Below, in pieces: positions 1-10,360 of a stretch of 64,000 nt of DNA. Every line of letters starts with the position of its first letter. The stretch's first letter is position 1. The notes under the pieces were generated by a model. It saw only the letters and a program-made list of their open reading frames with translations. It ran no database searches and was not told the origin of the DNA. Source of the DNA: Schlesneria paludicola DSM 18645 (GTDB lineage Bacteria > Planctomycetota > Planctomycetia > Planctomycetales > Planctomycetaceae). Both the position numbers and the translations under genes were made by a program. The DNA lies in assembly GCA_945869955.1 (NCBI GenBank), contig CAMBQP010000001.1, positions 12,745 through 76,744 of the forward strand. Reading direction: 5' to 3'.

Positions 1-1
1 C

Positions 2-820
2 TTCCTCAATAGTGGCGGCCCCTCGTTTCTGGGGCCTGGCTATGCACCGTTTGTGATTGAAGCGGATCCTGCGGCTCCCGAATTTTCGGTTCGGGATGTG
101 GTCCTGCCCGAGAGCATCACCAGTGATCGGAATCTGCGACGGCAGACCGCCATGCGTGCGATGAACCGGTTCGAACAGCAGGTGGAAAAGATCAGCCGAC
201 AAGAACACTCGCTGGATACGTTTTATCAGAAGGCGTATCAACTGATGACGAGTCAGGCGGCGAAACAGGCGTTTGAAATTGACCGTGAAAGCCAGGCGAC
301 ACGCGACGCCTATGGTATGACCAGTATGGGACAATGCTGTTTGCTGGCTCGCCGGCTGGTCGAGGCCGGTTGTCGGTTTGTCAGCATTGAAAATGGTCAC
401 TGGGACACTCATCGCAAGAACACCGAGAGCTTGCGAGACCTGCTGGTGCCGGCGCTGGATCAGGGATTGGCGGCTCTGTTGAACGATCTGGAACAGCGGG
501 GCCAGCTCGATTCCACACTGGTGGTCCTGACCACCGAGTTTGGACGAACTCCGCGCATCAATACGATGGCGGGTCGCGATCATTGGCCTCAGGCCTTTTC
601 GGTTGTGATGGCGGGGGGAGGATTGAAACGGGGTTTGACGATTGGGGCGACCGACAAACAGGCCGCGAGTATCATCGACAGGCCGATTACGCCGGCGGAT
701 ATGGCGGCCACGCTGCTGCATGCCTTGGGGATTGATCCGGGGGTCACATTGCTGACGCCGTTGGGGCGTCCCGTTCAGTTGGCCGGGGGAGGACGCCCGG
801 TCCATGAGCTGTTTTTATAG
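2..820 (+). CDS. DUF1501 domain-containing protein (5' part lies outside the window)
   Basis: The frame is open from position 2 (FLNSGGPSFLGPGYAPF...). DUF1501 motifs: YGMTSMGQCCLLARRLVEAGCRFV, WDTH, TTEFGRTP, GRDHWP, ATLLHALGID. Confidence 0.9.
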   Translation, partial: FLNSGGPSFLGPGYAPFVIEADPAAPEFSVRDVVLPESITSDRNLRRQTAMRAMNRFEQQVEKISRQEHSLDTFYQKAYQLMTSQAAKQAFEIDRESQATRDAYGMTSMGQCCLLARRLVEAGCRFVSIENGHWDTHRKNTESLRDLLVPALDQGLAALLNDLEQRGQLDSTLVVLTTEFGRTPRINTMAGRDHWPQAFSVVMAGGGLKRGLTIGATDKQAASIIDRPITPADMAATLLHALGIDPGVTLLTPLGRPVQLAGGGRPVHELFL

Positions 821-890
821 TATGGCGGGTTGCCGCGTGGCTGGTTTTCGTGAGATGGATTAACCGCCGTTGAAAGCCGTCTGTGGATCG

Positions 891-941
891 TCAGTAATCC
901 AAGGAAATCGGTAATCTGGGGACATCGGTAATCCGGGGACA
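891..941. repeat. Three tandem 17-bp degenerate direct repeats (TCRGTAATCYRRGGAMA)
   Basis: tcagtaatccaaggaaa (891-907), tcggtaatctggggaca (908-924), tcggtaatccggggaca (925-941); the last copy abuts the ATG at 941. Confidence 0.8.
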
Positions 942-3409
942 TGGTTGAGGGTGAAAAGATGGTGGCATCAGCAGCAGAATTTGTTAGCGACCGCATCAGC
1001 GCCTGGGGACGAGTTGCGAACCCCGCCTCGCGATGCCAGCGGATGTTGCTCGTCGCCTTGGGGATGGTGCTGATCGCGGAAACGGTTTTTGCACAGCAGG
1101 TACCGACCGACCCGACCAGCACGCATATCTTTCCTGCGGGTGGTCGCCGGGGGACTACGGTCGAGGTTCGAGTCGGGGGTGAGTGTCTTCCACCGGGAAC
1201 CCGCTTTCGCGGTTTTGGCCAGGGGTTGACCGTTCCGGCGGTGTTAGGCGAGGCGGCGACAGGACAGTATGCTCCGTCGCCACGCCGGAAGCCGGGTGAG
1301 CAGCCGATGAATTATCCGCGTGAATGGCATTCCCAAGTCCAGATTGCCGCGGATGCCCAGCTTGGTGTGAACCTTTGGCGTTTAAGCAGCGCGCGGGGTG
1401 GGACGGGGGGCCGTCCTTTTATCGTGGGGGATTTGCCGGAATTCATCGAGTCAGAACCAAATTCGATTCCGCAGCAGGCCGAGCGGGTTGAGCTTCCGGT
1501 GACGATCAACGGCCAGATTGCCGGTGAAAGTGACCTGGATTATTTCCGGTTTGCGATGGCAAAAGGGGATCTGGTGCGCGTCGATGTGGCGGCGGCCCGT
1601 CTCGGCTCAACACTCGACCCACTGATCCAGTTGCTTGGCCCTGAGGGCCGTCGGGTGGCTGCTGAAGAAGTGCGAATGGGGGCCGACCCGATCCTCGCTT
1701 TCGTCGCCGCAGATTCTGGTGAATACCGGCTGCTGATCGCGAATGTCACCTTTAAGGGGGGCCCGAGCTATGTCTACCGGGTCACGATCTCGCAAGCTCC
1801 GCTGATTCAATCGGTGTTCCCACCGGCAGGTCAGGTGGGGAGCTCGCGGGCGCTCAGTTTCCTGGCATTATCGGGAACAGAAACTCCCCGCACGCTGACG
1901 CAGGAAGTCCCGTTTCCGCTCAGCGCCGGATTATTCTGGTTGCCAGGGCCGCTGCAGTCTAATGAAGTTCCGTTATTGGCGAGTGTACTTCCTGCGGGAA
2001 TTGAGACCGAGGGGAATCAGACGAAGGAGACCGCGACGGAACTGGTTTGGCCACAGATGATGAACGGCCAGTTTGATACGGCAAGCGATCAAGACTGGTA
2101 TCGAATTGTCGCGAAGAAAGGTGTCCCTTTGACGATCGAATGTATTTCGTTTCCTCGATCGTCTCCGACGCTACCCGTGCTGACGGTGTTGAATGCCGAT
2201 GGTGGTGTGTTGGCGGCAGCCAGTGCCATCCAGAGCGGCCGGGGCTCATTGCGGCTGGAATGGCAACCTCCGGCAGACGGCGAGTATTGGTTCCGTTTAC
2301 GCGACCAGCAATTCGGCGTTCGTGGCGGCCAAGAATTTGTGTATTGCCTGAGCGTTCAGGAAGCGGTTCCGGATTTTACGCTCAGTCTGAAATCGGACGT
2401 GATCAACGTTGTGCAAGGGGGACGAACGGAAGTCGAGATCGCCATCGACCGCCGCGGTGGGTGCGTGGCACCGATCGAGTTGAGCGTGACGGGTCTGTCG
2501 GAAGGGATCCGCATTGAGGGTCTTCAAGTTGCGGCAAATCAAGCAACGACGAAACTGGTCTTGATCGCTGATGCAGAGGCTCGATCAACGGATGTCACCT
2601 TGACGATTCAGGGACGAGCCGAAATCAACGGAGCGATGGTCGAGCGAACTGCCTGGGCAACTCATCTGGGTCATGACGCAGATGGAGTGGGTGTGGGGCC
2701 GACCGAGATCCAGCATGTGCAGCTGACGGTGATGCACAAACCGGTTTTCAAGCTGTATTGCAATGAAGCCTATCAGTATGCTCATCGCGGCACGATTTAT
2801 CCCTATTTAATGGAAATTGAGCGTCTCGACGGGTTTGATGGTCCCATCCGCTTGCAGGTCGCGGATCGTCAGATTAAGGATCTGGACGGGATCGAGATCA
2901 AGGAAACAACGGTCGCACCGGGACAGGGACGGGTGATGTTGCCGATTTACCTTCCCGAAACGATGCATATCAATGTGCAAGCTCATTCGAATGTTTATGC
3001 GCAGGGGGCGGTCGAGTTTCAGGACAAGTTTGGCCAGCAGCAGACGTTGCTGGTGGTGTCTACGATGCGCTGCATGATTCGGACGCTCCCCCCGGTCGCC
3101 AAGTTGAAAGCGGTCGAACGCGAACTGGTCGTCGCCGCCGATGGGACCGCCCGGTGTCGACTGGCGTTTGATCGCACGTCGCAATTCTCGGGACCCGTAG
3201 AGTTGGAACTGGTCGATGCCGAACCGGGAATTCAGGCGAAACCAATGACCATTCCGGCGGAACAATCGACAGTCGAGATGGAGATTCAGTTTGCCCCCGA
3301 GGCGCGGCGATCACCCGAGATGCGATTGAAGTTTCGTGCTCAGGGGGCCATGCCGGGTGAGGCCTTGATGGTGAGTGAAGCGAGTATCCCGCTCCGATTT
3401 GATCGTTAA
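941..3409 (+). CDS. Secreted PPC (pre-peptidase C-terminal)-domain protein of the planctomycete type
   Basis: 822-aa ORF with a signal-like segment (MLLVALGMVLIAETVFA), HIFPAGGRRGTTVEV, two ESEPN/ETEGN...P..INGQI...D.D.Y/F PPC-type modules and ARLGSTLDP. It lies directly downstream of a DUF1501 gene. The true start may be later than 941. Confidence 0.8.
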   Translation: MVEGEKMVASAAEFVSDRISAWGRVANPASRCQRMLLVALGMVLIAETVFAQQVPTDPTSTHIFPAGGRRGTTVEVRVGGECLPPGTRFRGFGQGLTVPAVLGEAATGQYAPSPRRKPGEQPMNYPREWHSQVQIAADAQLGVNLWRLSSARGGTGGRPFIVGDLPEFIESEPNSIPQQAERVELPVTINGQIAGESDLDYFRFAMAKGDLVRVDVAAARLGSTLDPLIQLLGPEGRRVAAEEVRMGADPILAFVAADSGEYRLLIANVTFKGGPSYVYRVTISQAPLIQSVFPPAGQVGSSRALSFLALSGTETPRTLTQEVPFPLSAGLFWLPGPLQSNEVPLLASVLPAGIETEGNQTKETATELVWPQMMNGQFDTASDQDWYRIVAKKGVPLTIECISFPRSSPTLPVLTVLNADGGVLAAASAIQSGRGSLRLEWQPPADGEYWFRLRDQQFGVRGGQEFVYCLSVQEAVPDFTLSLKSDVINVVQGGRTEVEIAIDRRGGCVAPIELSVTGLSEGIRIEGLQVAANQATTKLVLIADAEARSTDVTLTIQGRAEINGAMVERTAWATHLGHDADGVGVGPTEIQHVQLTVMHKPVFKLYCNEAYQYAHRGTIYPYLMEIERLDGFDGPIRLQVADRQIKDLDGIEIKETTVAPGQGRVMLPIYLPETMHINVQAHSNVYAQGAVEFQDKFGQQQTLLVVSTMRCMIRTLPPVAKLKAVERELVVAADGTARCRLAFDRTSQFSGPVELELVDAEPGIQAKPMTIPAEQSTVEMEIQFAPEARRSPEMRLKFRAQGAMPGEALMVSEASIPLRFDR

Positions 3410-3691
3410 TTGTTGCTGGCGGAACCCGTTTACCGCAGTTTCTGTGGGGGTTGGCTGTTGCGATTTGAGCATCAGGTCTTATCATGACAGCGGTTCGGGA
3501 CCGTTCCCGCTTCAAATCGATGACGAATCGGATCAATTCGCGATACGATGGGAATCGTTTCCCGTAACATCCGGTCTGCCGAGAGAAAGTGGATCGAGAT
3601 CTGCAGTGGGTGGGTGTTGAGCGGGTCATGAGGACGGGTCGGCAGGACGGGGCGTTGGCGGTTTCAGTGGCATTCAGAGAATGAGCGGGGG

Positions 3692-3919
3692 TTGATCATG
3701 TGTTTTCACTGGCGACGCGGCGTGCTGCTGACTCTGTTTTGTGCGGCGGTTTGCAGCCGGGACGCTTCCGAGCTTTGTGCGCAGGCCACAAATCCCCCTA
3801 TCGTCACACCGTCCAATGTGATCAAACAGTCCCGGCCGTATTACGTGGAAGGTGCCGTGGTGGTATTGCTGATGGCGGCTGCAGGATATGCAGTTTGCCG
3901 ATCCAGTCGACGAGTTTGA
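3692..3919 (+). CDS. Small membrane protein: signal peptide, short linker, C-terminal TM helix ending VCRSSRRV
   Basis: 75-aa ORF (ATG at 3698) with a basic/hydrophobic N-terminus, the TM segment YYVEGAVVVLLMAAAGYAVC and a basic tail. It ends 9 bp before the KAS gene on the same strand. Confidence 0.6.
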   Translation: MIMCFHWRRGVLLTLFCAAVCSRDASELCAQATNPPIVTPSNVIKQSRPYYVEGAVVVLLMAAAGYAVCRSSRRV

Positions 3920-3928
3920 ACCAGTTGA

Positions 3929-5197
3929 GTGATCTCCTTGAGCGAATCTCGTCGAATTGTCCTGACTGGAATTGGCCTGTGTACTCCCTTTGGCCCGGAT
4001 CGCGAGTCGACCTGGCAAGGGTTGTTATCAGGGAGAAGCGCTACCACTTGGTTGCCGGCACCGTATTGGACCGGAGACGGGAAGATGGCCGGTGCAACCC
4101 TCTGTCTCCCGACAACACGTCCCTTTCCGCACCCTGAACCGCTGGTTGAGCTGGCTTTGACGACGGCTGCCGAGTCACTCGCCGATGCCGGCCTCGATGT
4201 CCGCTCGTTGGAACCGCAGCGAACTGGGGTCGTTTTCGGGACGAGTAAGGGGGGATTGCATACGTTCTCTCGGATGTTGGCTTCGTCACGACCTGACGAC
4301 CGGAAGATCACTCCGGGGAATGGGCCACACGATGCTCGGGAATGGCTGGATGTTTTTCCCAATCGGGCGGCTGCCGCGATTGGACAATGGATCGGGAGCA
4401 CTGGACCGGTGCTTTGCCCGGTCGTCGCCTGCGCGACGGGGTTGGCAGCCTGTTTGCGTGGAGCAGAGCTGATCCAGAACGGGGACTGCGACATTGTGTT
4501 GGCGGGGAGTGCGGATGCCTCGTTGCAGCCCGCCCTGCTGGGGTCGTTTCAGCGTCTGGGGGTTCTTTCGCGAGAAACCAGTGACCCTGCACGGGCCTGT
4601 CGGCCGTTTGATCGGCAGCGTTCGGGGTTTGTGATCGGTGAGGGGGCCGCTTGCCTGGTCCTGGAACGGCTGGAGAGTGCCCGGGCGCGGGGTGCGGTCT
4701 GCTATGCCGAATGGTTAGGGGGGCGGATGTTGTCGGATGCTCAGGGTTTGACACAACTCGATCCGACGGGTGCAACCTTGCAGCGTTTATTGCAGATGCT
4801 CAGTTTGGTAGGTCGTTCTGTTCCGGACTATCTCAATCTCCATGGAACCGCGACGGCCACCAACGATCGTATCGAATGTCAGGCGATTCGCAACGTTTTC
4901 GGAGCGGACTGTGACCGGTTTGATTGTTCCAGTCTGAAGGGGGGGATGGGGCATTTGCTGGGGGCTGCGGGGAGTGTCGAGCTGGCGGCGATGGGGCTGG
5001 CGATTCGGGATCAGATCATCCCCCCGACGGTGAACCTGATGGACCCCGATCCCGCGTGTCGATTGAATCTGGTTCCTTGCGTCGCGAAGTCGCGGCCCAT
5101 TGAACACGCCTGGAAACTGTCGCTGGGGTTTGGTGGGCATGTTGCCGGGGCTTGCCTGGGGCGCCTTCCTCAAGCCGATGCACGACCTGCCCGATGA
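3929..5197 (+). CDS. Beta-ketoacyl-ACP synthase II family protein (FabF-like)
   Basis: RIVLTGIG N-terminus; catalytic Cys in VVACATG; His-His pair in NLHGTAT and [33 protein letters not shown]. Confidence 0.9.
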   Translation: MISLSESRRIVLTGIGLCTPFGPDRESTWQGLLSGRSATTWLPAPYWTGDGKMAGATLCLPTTRPFPHPEPLVELALTTAAESLADAGLDVRSLEPQRTGVVFGTSKGGLHTFSRMLASSRPDDRKITPGNGPHDAREWLDVFPNRAAAAIGQWIGSTGPVLCPVVACATGLAACLRGAELIQNGDCDIVLAGSADASLQPALLGSFQRLGVLSRETSDPARACRPFDRQRSGFVIGEGAACLVLERLESARARGAVCYAEWLGGRMLSDAQGLTQLDPTGATLQRLLQMLSLVGRSVPDYLNLHGTATATNDRIECQAIRNVFGADCDRFDCSSLKGGMGHLLGAAGSVELAAMGLAIRDQIIPPTVNLMDPDPACRLNLVPCVAKSRPIEHAWKLSLGFGGHVAGACLGRLPQADARPAR

Positions 5198-5426
5198 AAT
5201 CAGCTTGCGGGATTCCGAAGAATCCACGCGTTGGTTTCGATTGCATGTTGAGTCGTCGGGGGGAAACTTCAGTCCGGCTGAATATTTTGGAAAATTTCCG
5301 CTCGAATCTCGCTTGGCCGAAGATGAAAAAGTGTCGAAATACGGATTGTGCTGGAATCGAATCTCACCGATTATGCCCCCCCAATAACAGGTCCGTTGCG
5401 GCAGCAAAAATTTCGGATACGGATGT

Positions 5427-7007
5427 ATGAACTCGATGAATCATTTGGCACGGATTGCGGTGATTGCGGTCTTTCTGCAGTCGCTGCCGTTGTGGACGGG
5501 GGTGTCTGATCGTCTCGCGGCAGCCGAGGCTGTTGTGGAGACGGGGATCGCTCAGATTGATTCCGAGGACCTACGGCGTCACGTGATGACATTGGCCAGT
5601 GATGCTCTTGAAGGACGCGAAGCGGGGGGACGTGGGGGTAAGGCGGCAGCGGGATATTTGCGGTCCGTGCTGAAGTCAATCCGTCAGACCTATCCGTTGC
5701 CGCTGGAAACAACCCAGGAATTTGGCAACGACTATCAGAACCTGTTGTTGTTGCTTCCCGGTTCCGATCCGGTGCTGCAACGCGAAGTGATCGTCGTGGG
5801 GGCTCACTATGACCATGTTGGCTATGGCAAGGTTTCGAATAGTCAGGGGCCGATTGGCCAGATTCATAACGGAGCGGACGATAATGCCAGCGGCACCTCG
5901 GCGGTGCTGGAACTGATTGAAGCCTTTGCGTCGCAGGAAACCCGACCCGCTCGATCGCTCTTATTTGCCTTCTGGGATGCCGAGGAAGTGGGGTTGCTCG
6001 GGTCAAAGCACTGGGTTGCCCATCCGTCGATTCCCCTGAATCAAATTCGTTTTGCTTTGAATCTCGACATGCTGGGGCGTCTGCGTGACGGTCGCATTGT
6101 GACGGTTGGCTGGCGATCTGCGCCGGGATTGCGACACGTTCTTGCTCGGCATAATCATGCGAATGAGCTGTTGCTGGCATTTCAGCCCAGTGTGATTGCG
6201 GACAGTGATCATCATCCGTTTTACGCCGCGGGGATTCCGGTGATTCACATGGATACGGACAAACATGACGACTACCATCGGCCGAGTGACGATCCGGAAA
6301 AATTGAACTGGGAAGGGATCCGGCAGTTGGCGCAGTTCTCGTATCACATTGTGGACGATGCGGCGAACCGCGCTGATTTTCCGTTGTTTCGCCGCGAGGC
6401 ACTGACCGAAGTGGCACCAACCTGGATGAATCCTCGCGAACCGATGGCCGCTCCGATTCGCTTGGGGGTGAATTGGGATCAGGTACGCTGGGGACAGGGG
6501 TCGGCTGTCGTGTCGCGTGTGAACGCGAATTCGCCGGCAGCTCGAGCCGGGCTTCGATCGGGAGATCGTCTGATCCAGTTGGGATCCTGGCAAAACGGAA
6601 CGACCGACGAACTGAAGGCGATCATCCAGGTTGCGACGAATCCCGTTCCCGTGCGGATTGAACGACCGAATGTGAAGGATCCCGTTGACATGCTGATCAG
6701 CCTGCAGGGAAATCCCGTTCGACTGGGGGCAGGCTGGATGGATGACACCGCTCTGCCGAACAGTGTGGTGGTAACGCATGTGGTCGCAGATTCGCCGGCG
6801 CATCGCTCGGGGATTGCGGCTGGGGATGTGATCATCGAGATGGGTGGACAGCGGCTGGCTTCGTCCGAGGATCTACGAAAACGTGTCCTGATTGAACCTG
6901 GTCCGTTCGAGTTTCGGATCGAACGGCAAGGCCGTATTCGAGAGGTGACGGTCGAGGTGGTGGCCCCCTATCCACAAACACCCCTGACGACGACCCAGCG
7001 TCCATAA
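5427..7007 (+). CDS. M28 family metallopeptidase with C-terminal PDZ domains
   Basis: Signal peptide; GAHYDH, GADDNASG, DAEEVG, LNLDM, SDH and YH zinc-ligand motifs; two SPA(A)xxG(L/I)xxGD PDZ motifs. Confidence 0.9.
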   Translation: MNSMNHLARIAVIAVFLQSLPLWTGVSDRLAAAEAVVETGIAQIDSEDLRRHVMTLASDALEGREAGGRGGKAAAGYLRSVLKSIRQTYPLPLETTQEFGNDYQNLLLLLPGSDPVLQREVIVVGAHYDHVGYGKVSNSQGPIGQIHNGADDNASGTSAVLELIEAFASQETRPARSLLFAFWDAEEVGLLGSKHWVAHPSIPLNQIRFALNLDMLGRLRDGRIVTVGWRSAPGLRHVLARHNHANELLLAFQPSVIADSDHHPFYAAGIPVIHMDTDKHDDYHRPSDDPEKLNWEGIRQLAQFSYHIVDDAANRADFPLFRREALTEVAPTWMNPREPMAAPIRLGVNWDQVRWGQGSAVVSRVNANSPAARAGLRSGDRLIQLGSWQNGTTDELKAIIQVATNPVPVRIERPNVKDPVDMLISLQGNPVRLGAGWMDDTALPNSVVVTHVVADSPAHRSGIAAGDVIIEMGGQRLASSEDLRKRVLIEPGPFEFRIERQGRIREVTVEVVAPYPQTPLTTTQRP

Positions 7008-7017
7008 TTCGAGCTCA

Positions 7018-8628
7018 TCAAGCATCATCCTGAGCATGGATTTTGGCCCAACTCAATTCAAATCTCGCAAGATACTTCCGTAAGCGATCGGCGTCGTTGG
7101 GCTGTGCTTTATGGGCCCGTGACGAGGCAAACAGTGTGCGGCCGGCAGCGGAGATTGTGGGAGAATTCCGGCAAACCCGGATGACTTCTGCCAGTTGCAC
7201 TCGGTCGAACAAATCGAGACTGGCGTTGTGCTCGGGCGTGAGCATTTCCGCCAGCAGATCCTGATTGGGCAGGGGCTGTCGACGCCATGAGGAAACGAGT
7301 CTGACGATCTCGTCTTGAACCTCGGCAAGGGTAATCCGGCCCCCGGTCGCCATGGTCGCCATGCGGGTCACTGCGGCACCCAGGTCGCGGAAATTGGCGG
7401 ACCAGAGTGTTGAGGGGGACTCGGCAAAGACCAGGAAGGCTTCGCGAGCCTGCTGATTCATGGTCACTTTGCGGCCGGTGATCGAGACATAGCGTTCCAG
7501 TTCGAAATCGAGATTCGGAGCAATGTCTTCACGTCGCTCGGCGAGTCCCGGTAGTCGAAATGTCCAGAGATTGATCCGTGCCAACAGGTCTTCGCGGAAA
7601 TTGCCAGAACCGACATCGGTTTGCAGGTCACGATTGGTTCCGGCAATCAGCTGAAAATTGCTTGCGGCTTCCTGATCAGCTCCGACGGGAAGAAATCGCT
7701 GCTCTTCGATGGCCCGCAGCAGCATCGCTTGTTCATCCAGTCCCAGTTCACCAATTTCATCGAGGAACAACAGACCCTGATCGGCGGTTTTCAAAAGTCC
7801 AGGCCGTGTCCCCGTTGCACCGGTAAAGGCTCCTTTGACGTGCCCGAACAGAGCGGACATCGCCTGATCACCCCGCAACGTAGCACAATTCACTTCGACA
7901 AACCCCCCGGCCATTTGTTCACGCCGGCGCTTCAGATCGTAGATTCGGCGGGCCAGTTGAGACTTGCCGGCCCCCGTTGGCCCCGTCAGCAAGAGGGGGG
8001 CGGTGCTGGCAATCACGACCCGCTCGATTCGCTCAATCAACGCATTGAATGCTCCGTTTCGAGTCGCAATTCCCGACTTGAGAAAGACCAATCCTTCCTG
8101 ACGCTGGGAAGAAAATCGCTTGGCCAAGGCGTCGTACTGTGACAAATCCAGATCGATGATGCGGTAACCGCCGGGAGTCATCAGGTTTCGCGGGGGAGGC
8201 GAGGACTGCAGCAGGCGACCAGGAAAATGACGTGATTCGGCCAGCAGGAACAGGCAAATCTGCTGAACGTGAGTCCCGGTCGTGATGTGAATCAAATAGT
8301 CTTCTTCATCGGTGGCAAACGGATAGCTGGCGGCAAAATCGTGAAAGGCACCGAACACCTCTTCAAAATCCCAGGGATCGTTTAGGGGCAGTTCGTGGAG
8401 CCGAACTTCGGTTTCCGGCGAGACCGACTGAATGTCCGACACGACCGCTTGGGCGAGTGACCGTTCTTTCGGTTCGTGGATCAGTTCGAATCGAGTCACG
8501 AGCAGTTCTTCGTGCTGGCATGCGGCAACGGTTGGCCGCCATCGTTGCCAACGCTCTTCCGTCACTTTGGCGCGATCAAGCAAAGTGCCAAGAATTCCAA
8601 ACACAATCAGTGGACGCTGTGATGACAT
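7018..8628 (-). CDS. rtcR: RNA repair transcriptional activator RtcR (CARF + sigma-54 AAA+ enhancer-binding protein)
   Basis: RtcR N-terminus (GTLLD...RWQRWRPTV, DPWDFEEV, IHITTGTHVQQIC); Walker A GPTGAGKS; GAFTGA loop; LFLDEIG; C-terminal NDADRLRKYLARF. Divergent from rtcBA. Confidence 0.95.
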   Translation of the reverse strand: MSSQRPLIVFGILGTLLDRAKVTEERWQRWRPTVAACQHEELLVTRFELIHEPKERSLAQAVVSDIQSVSPETEVRLHELPLNDPWDFEEVFGAFHDFAASYPFATDEEDYLIHITTGTHVQQICLFLLAESRHFPGRLLQSSPPPRNLMTPGGYRIIDLDLSQYDALAKRFSSQRQEGLVFLKSGIATRNGAFNALIERIERVVIASTAPLLLTGPTGAGKSQLARRIYDLKRRREQMAGGFVEVNCATLRGDQAMSALFGHVKGAFTGATGTRPGLLKTADQGLLFLDEIGELGLDEQAMLLRAIEEQRFLPVGADQEAASNFQLIAGTNRDLQTDVGSGNFREDLLARINLWTFRLPGLAERREDIAPNLDFELERYVSITGRKVTMNQQAREAFLVFAESPSTLWSANFRDLGAAVTRMATMATGGRITLAEVQDEIVRLVSSWRRQPLPNQDLLAEMLTPEHNASLDLFDRVQLAEVIRVCRNSPTISAAGRTLFASSRAHKAQPNDADRLRKYLARFELSWAKIHAQDDA

Positions 8629-8761
8629 GATACCACAGTATAAATCAAGATATGCGGATATCGCAAACGACGGCGTTACGAAACGGACCTCTCAAGAGAA
8701 AAAAACTTTAAATCCAACAAATTTATTGACTTACGCTGAATTTCAGCTCATGGATTTCGTT

Positions 8762-8777
8762 TGGCACACCTCATGCT
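8762..8777 (+). promoter_or_regulatory. Sigma-54 (-24/-12) promoter of rtcB-rtcA
   Basis: TGGCACACCTCATGCT: GG (8763-8764) and GC (8775-8776) are separated by exactly 10 nt. It lies 46 bp upstream of the rtcB ATG, opposite a sigma-54 activator gene. Confidence 0.85.
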
Positions 8778-8822
8778 CTCGTGTCATTCTGGTTTAAACT
8801 TGCCTCATCAAAGAGAAATTCG

Positions 8823-10307
8823 ATGCCGTTTGAAATGATTCCCACGACCGAAGCGACCGCCATGCTCCCCACGGGTGCCAAGACCAAGCCGATCACCGTG
8901 ATTGGAACCGCCGCCATTCGTGAAACGTTTGACGAAACCTGCCTGCAACAAGCGGTCAATTCCCGGTTGGCTCCGGGGGTGACCGACCTGATTCTCAATC
9001 CGGACGCGCATTGCGGTTATGGAGCCCCTGTAGGCTGTGTCATGGTTTCGCCCACCCATATTTATCCCGGCCCGGTCGGTGTGGATATCAAGTGTTCCAT
9101 GAGTCTACTGCAATTAAATCTGCCCGCCGATGCGATCCTCGATCGCCCCGTCCGGCGTGCTTTGATCCAAGCCATTTGTGAAAGAACGCCGACCGGTGCA
9201 GGGCGGGGACAACGCCATGCCAAAAAGTCACGCCGGATCGATGCGGAACTGGGGCGACGCGTCGTTGTGGAAGGGGCCTCGACCTCCGTTTGCGAAGCGA
9301 TCGGAATCCCCCCGGAATGGGCGGGGCATTGCGAGGACGCCTCACATGTTGGCCATGATGACACCCGCGATGCACTGGAACTGCGATTACAGCGACACCG
9401 GGATCTCGGTTTCTTCCGCAATTTTGAGGATAAGATCAGCCAGCTGGGTTCGTATGGGGGTGGAAACCATTTTGGCGAATGCGAGATCGTGCATCTCGAA
9501 GACAATGATCGGGCTCGGCAGGCGGCGAGCGTTTTCGGACTGCGTGATCAGCATGTGGCCTTTCTGTCTCATTGTGGTTCACGAGGTTTCGGTCACAATC
9601 TGGCGATGGGACAATTCCGATCGCTGCAGCAAAAGTTTTCAACTTGGGATATTCCCCTGCCGGGTTCCGACCGTGAGCTCGTCTATGCACCGCTGGGTAC
9701 GCTCGAAGCGGATGCGTATCTGGATGACATGGCATTAGGAGCCAACTTTGCCACGATCAATCATCTGCTGATCAACGCGTTGATTCTCGAGGCGTTTCAG
9801 GAAGTGTTTCCCGGAATGACAGGGCAATTGGTCTACTTCATCAGCCACAACATTGCTCGTAAAGAGATTATCGAGAATCGCGTCACCTGGGTGCACCGCA
9901 AGGGGGCGACCCGTGCATTACCCGCAGGACACCCTGTGCTGCGCGGATCTCTTTATGAACTGACGGGACATCCGATTCTCTTGCCAGGGAACCCGCAGGC
10001 GGGATCGAGTGTCATGGTGGCAGACGCGGGTGCCGCGATCAGTTGCTACAGTGTGAATCACGGTGCGGGTCGAACGCTGGGACGGAAGCAAGCGATTCGG
10101 GAATTGGACCAGTCGTCGATTGATCAATCGTTCGATCAGGCCGACATCCTGACAAATTGCCGTACCTACCCGAAAGATGAAGCCCCCGCTGCGTATAAAG
10201 ATTTCGATGAAGTTTTGCGAAGCGTCAAAACCGCAGGCCTGGCGACGGAAGTTGCCAGACTAAAAGCCCGATTTGTGATTAAGGATGGCGATGCGGCGGA
10301 CGACTGA
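8823..10307 (+). CDS. rtcB: RtcB family RNA-splicing/repair ligase
   Basis: PDAHCGYGAPVG, VGVDIKC (metal-binding D/C), GGGNHF, HCGSRG, VHRKGA, NHGAGR (guanylated His), KDEAPAAYKD. ATG at 8823 chosen because it lies downstream of the sigma-54 promoter. Confidence 0.95.
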   Translation: MPFEMIPTTEATAMLPTGAKTKPITVIGTAAIRETFDETCLQQAVNSRLAPGVTDLILNPDAHCGYGAPVGCVMVSPTHIYPGPVGVDIKCSMSLLQLNLPADAILDRPVRRALIQAICERTPTGAGRGQRHAKKSRRIDAELGRRVVVEGASTSVCEAIGIPPEWAGHCEDASHVGHDDTRDALELRLQRHRDLGFFRNFEDKISQLGSYGGGNHFGECEIVHLEDNDRARQAASVFGLRDQHVAFLSHCGSRGFGHNLAMGQFRSLQQKFSTWDIPLPGSDRELVYAPLGTLEADAYLDDMALGANFATINHLLINALILEAFQEVFPGMTGQLVYFISHNIARKEIIENRVTWVHRKGATRALPAGHPVLRGSLYELTGHPILLPGNPQAGSSVMVADAGAAISCYSVNHGAGRTLGRKQAIRELDQSSIDQSFDQADILTNCRTYPKDEAPAAYKDFDEVLRSVKTAGLATEVARLKARFVIKDGDAADD

Positions 10308-10360
10308 GTCACCCGGGTTGCCAAGGTCACCAGCGACAAGAAGAACAACGGATATCAAAA

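Noticed and set aside
5445-5458. TTGGCACGGATTGC as a second sigma-54 promoter
   Set aside because: The GG-to-GC spacing is 8 nt instead of the required 10, and it lies inside a coding region.
5371-6420. Long antisense or alternative-frame ORFs (e.g. 5371..6420, 11472..12233, 18983..19717, 50303..51133, 57279..58151)
   Set aside because: They overlap well-supported genes and look like shadow ORFs of GC-rich codon usage.
8629-8822. Y-RNA, tRNA-like RNA or a Ro60/Rsr gene at the rtc locus, as in some rtcBA operons
   Set aside because: The spacer is under 200 bp and is taken up by promoter elements. No T-loop GTTCRA arm or long terminal stem was seen, and no Ro-like ORF is present.
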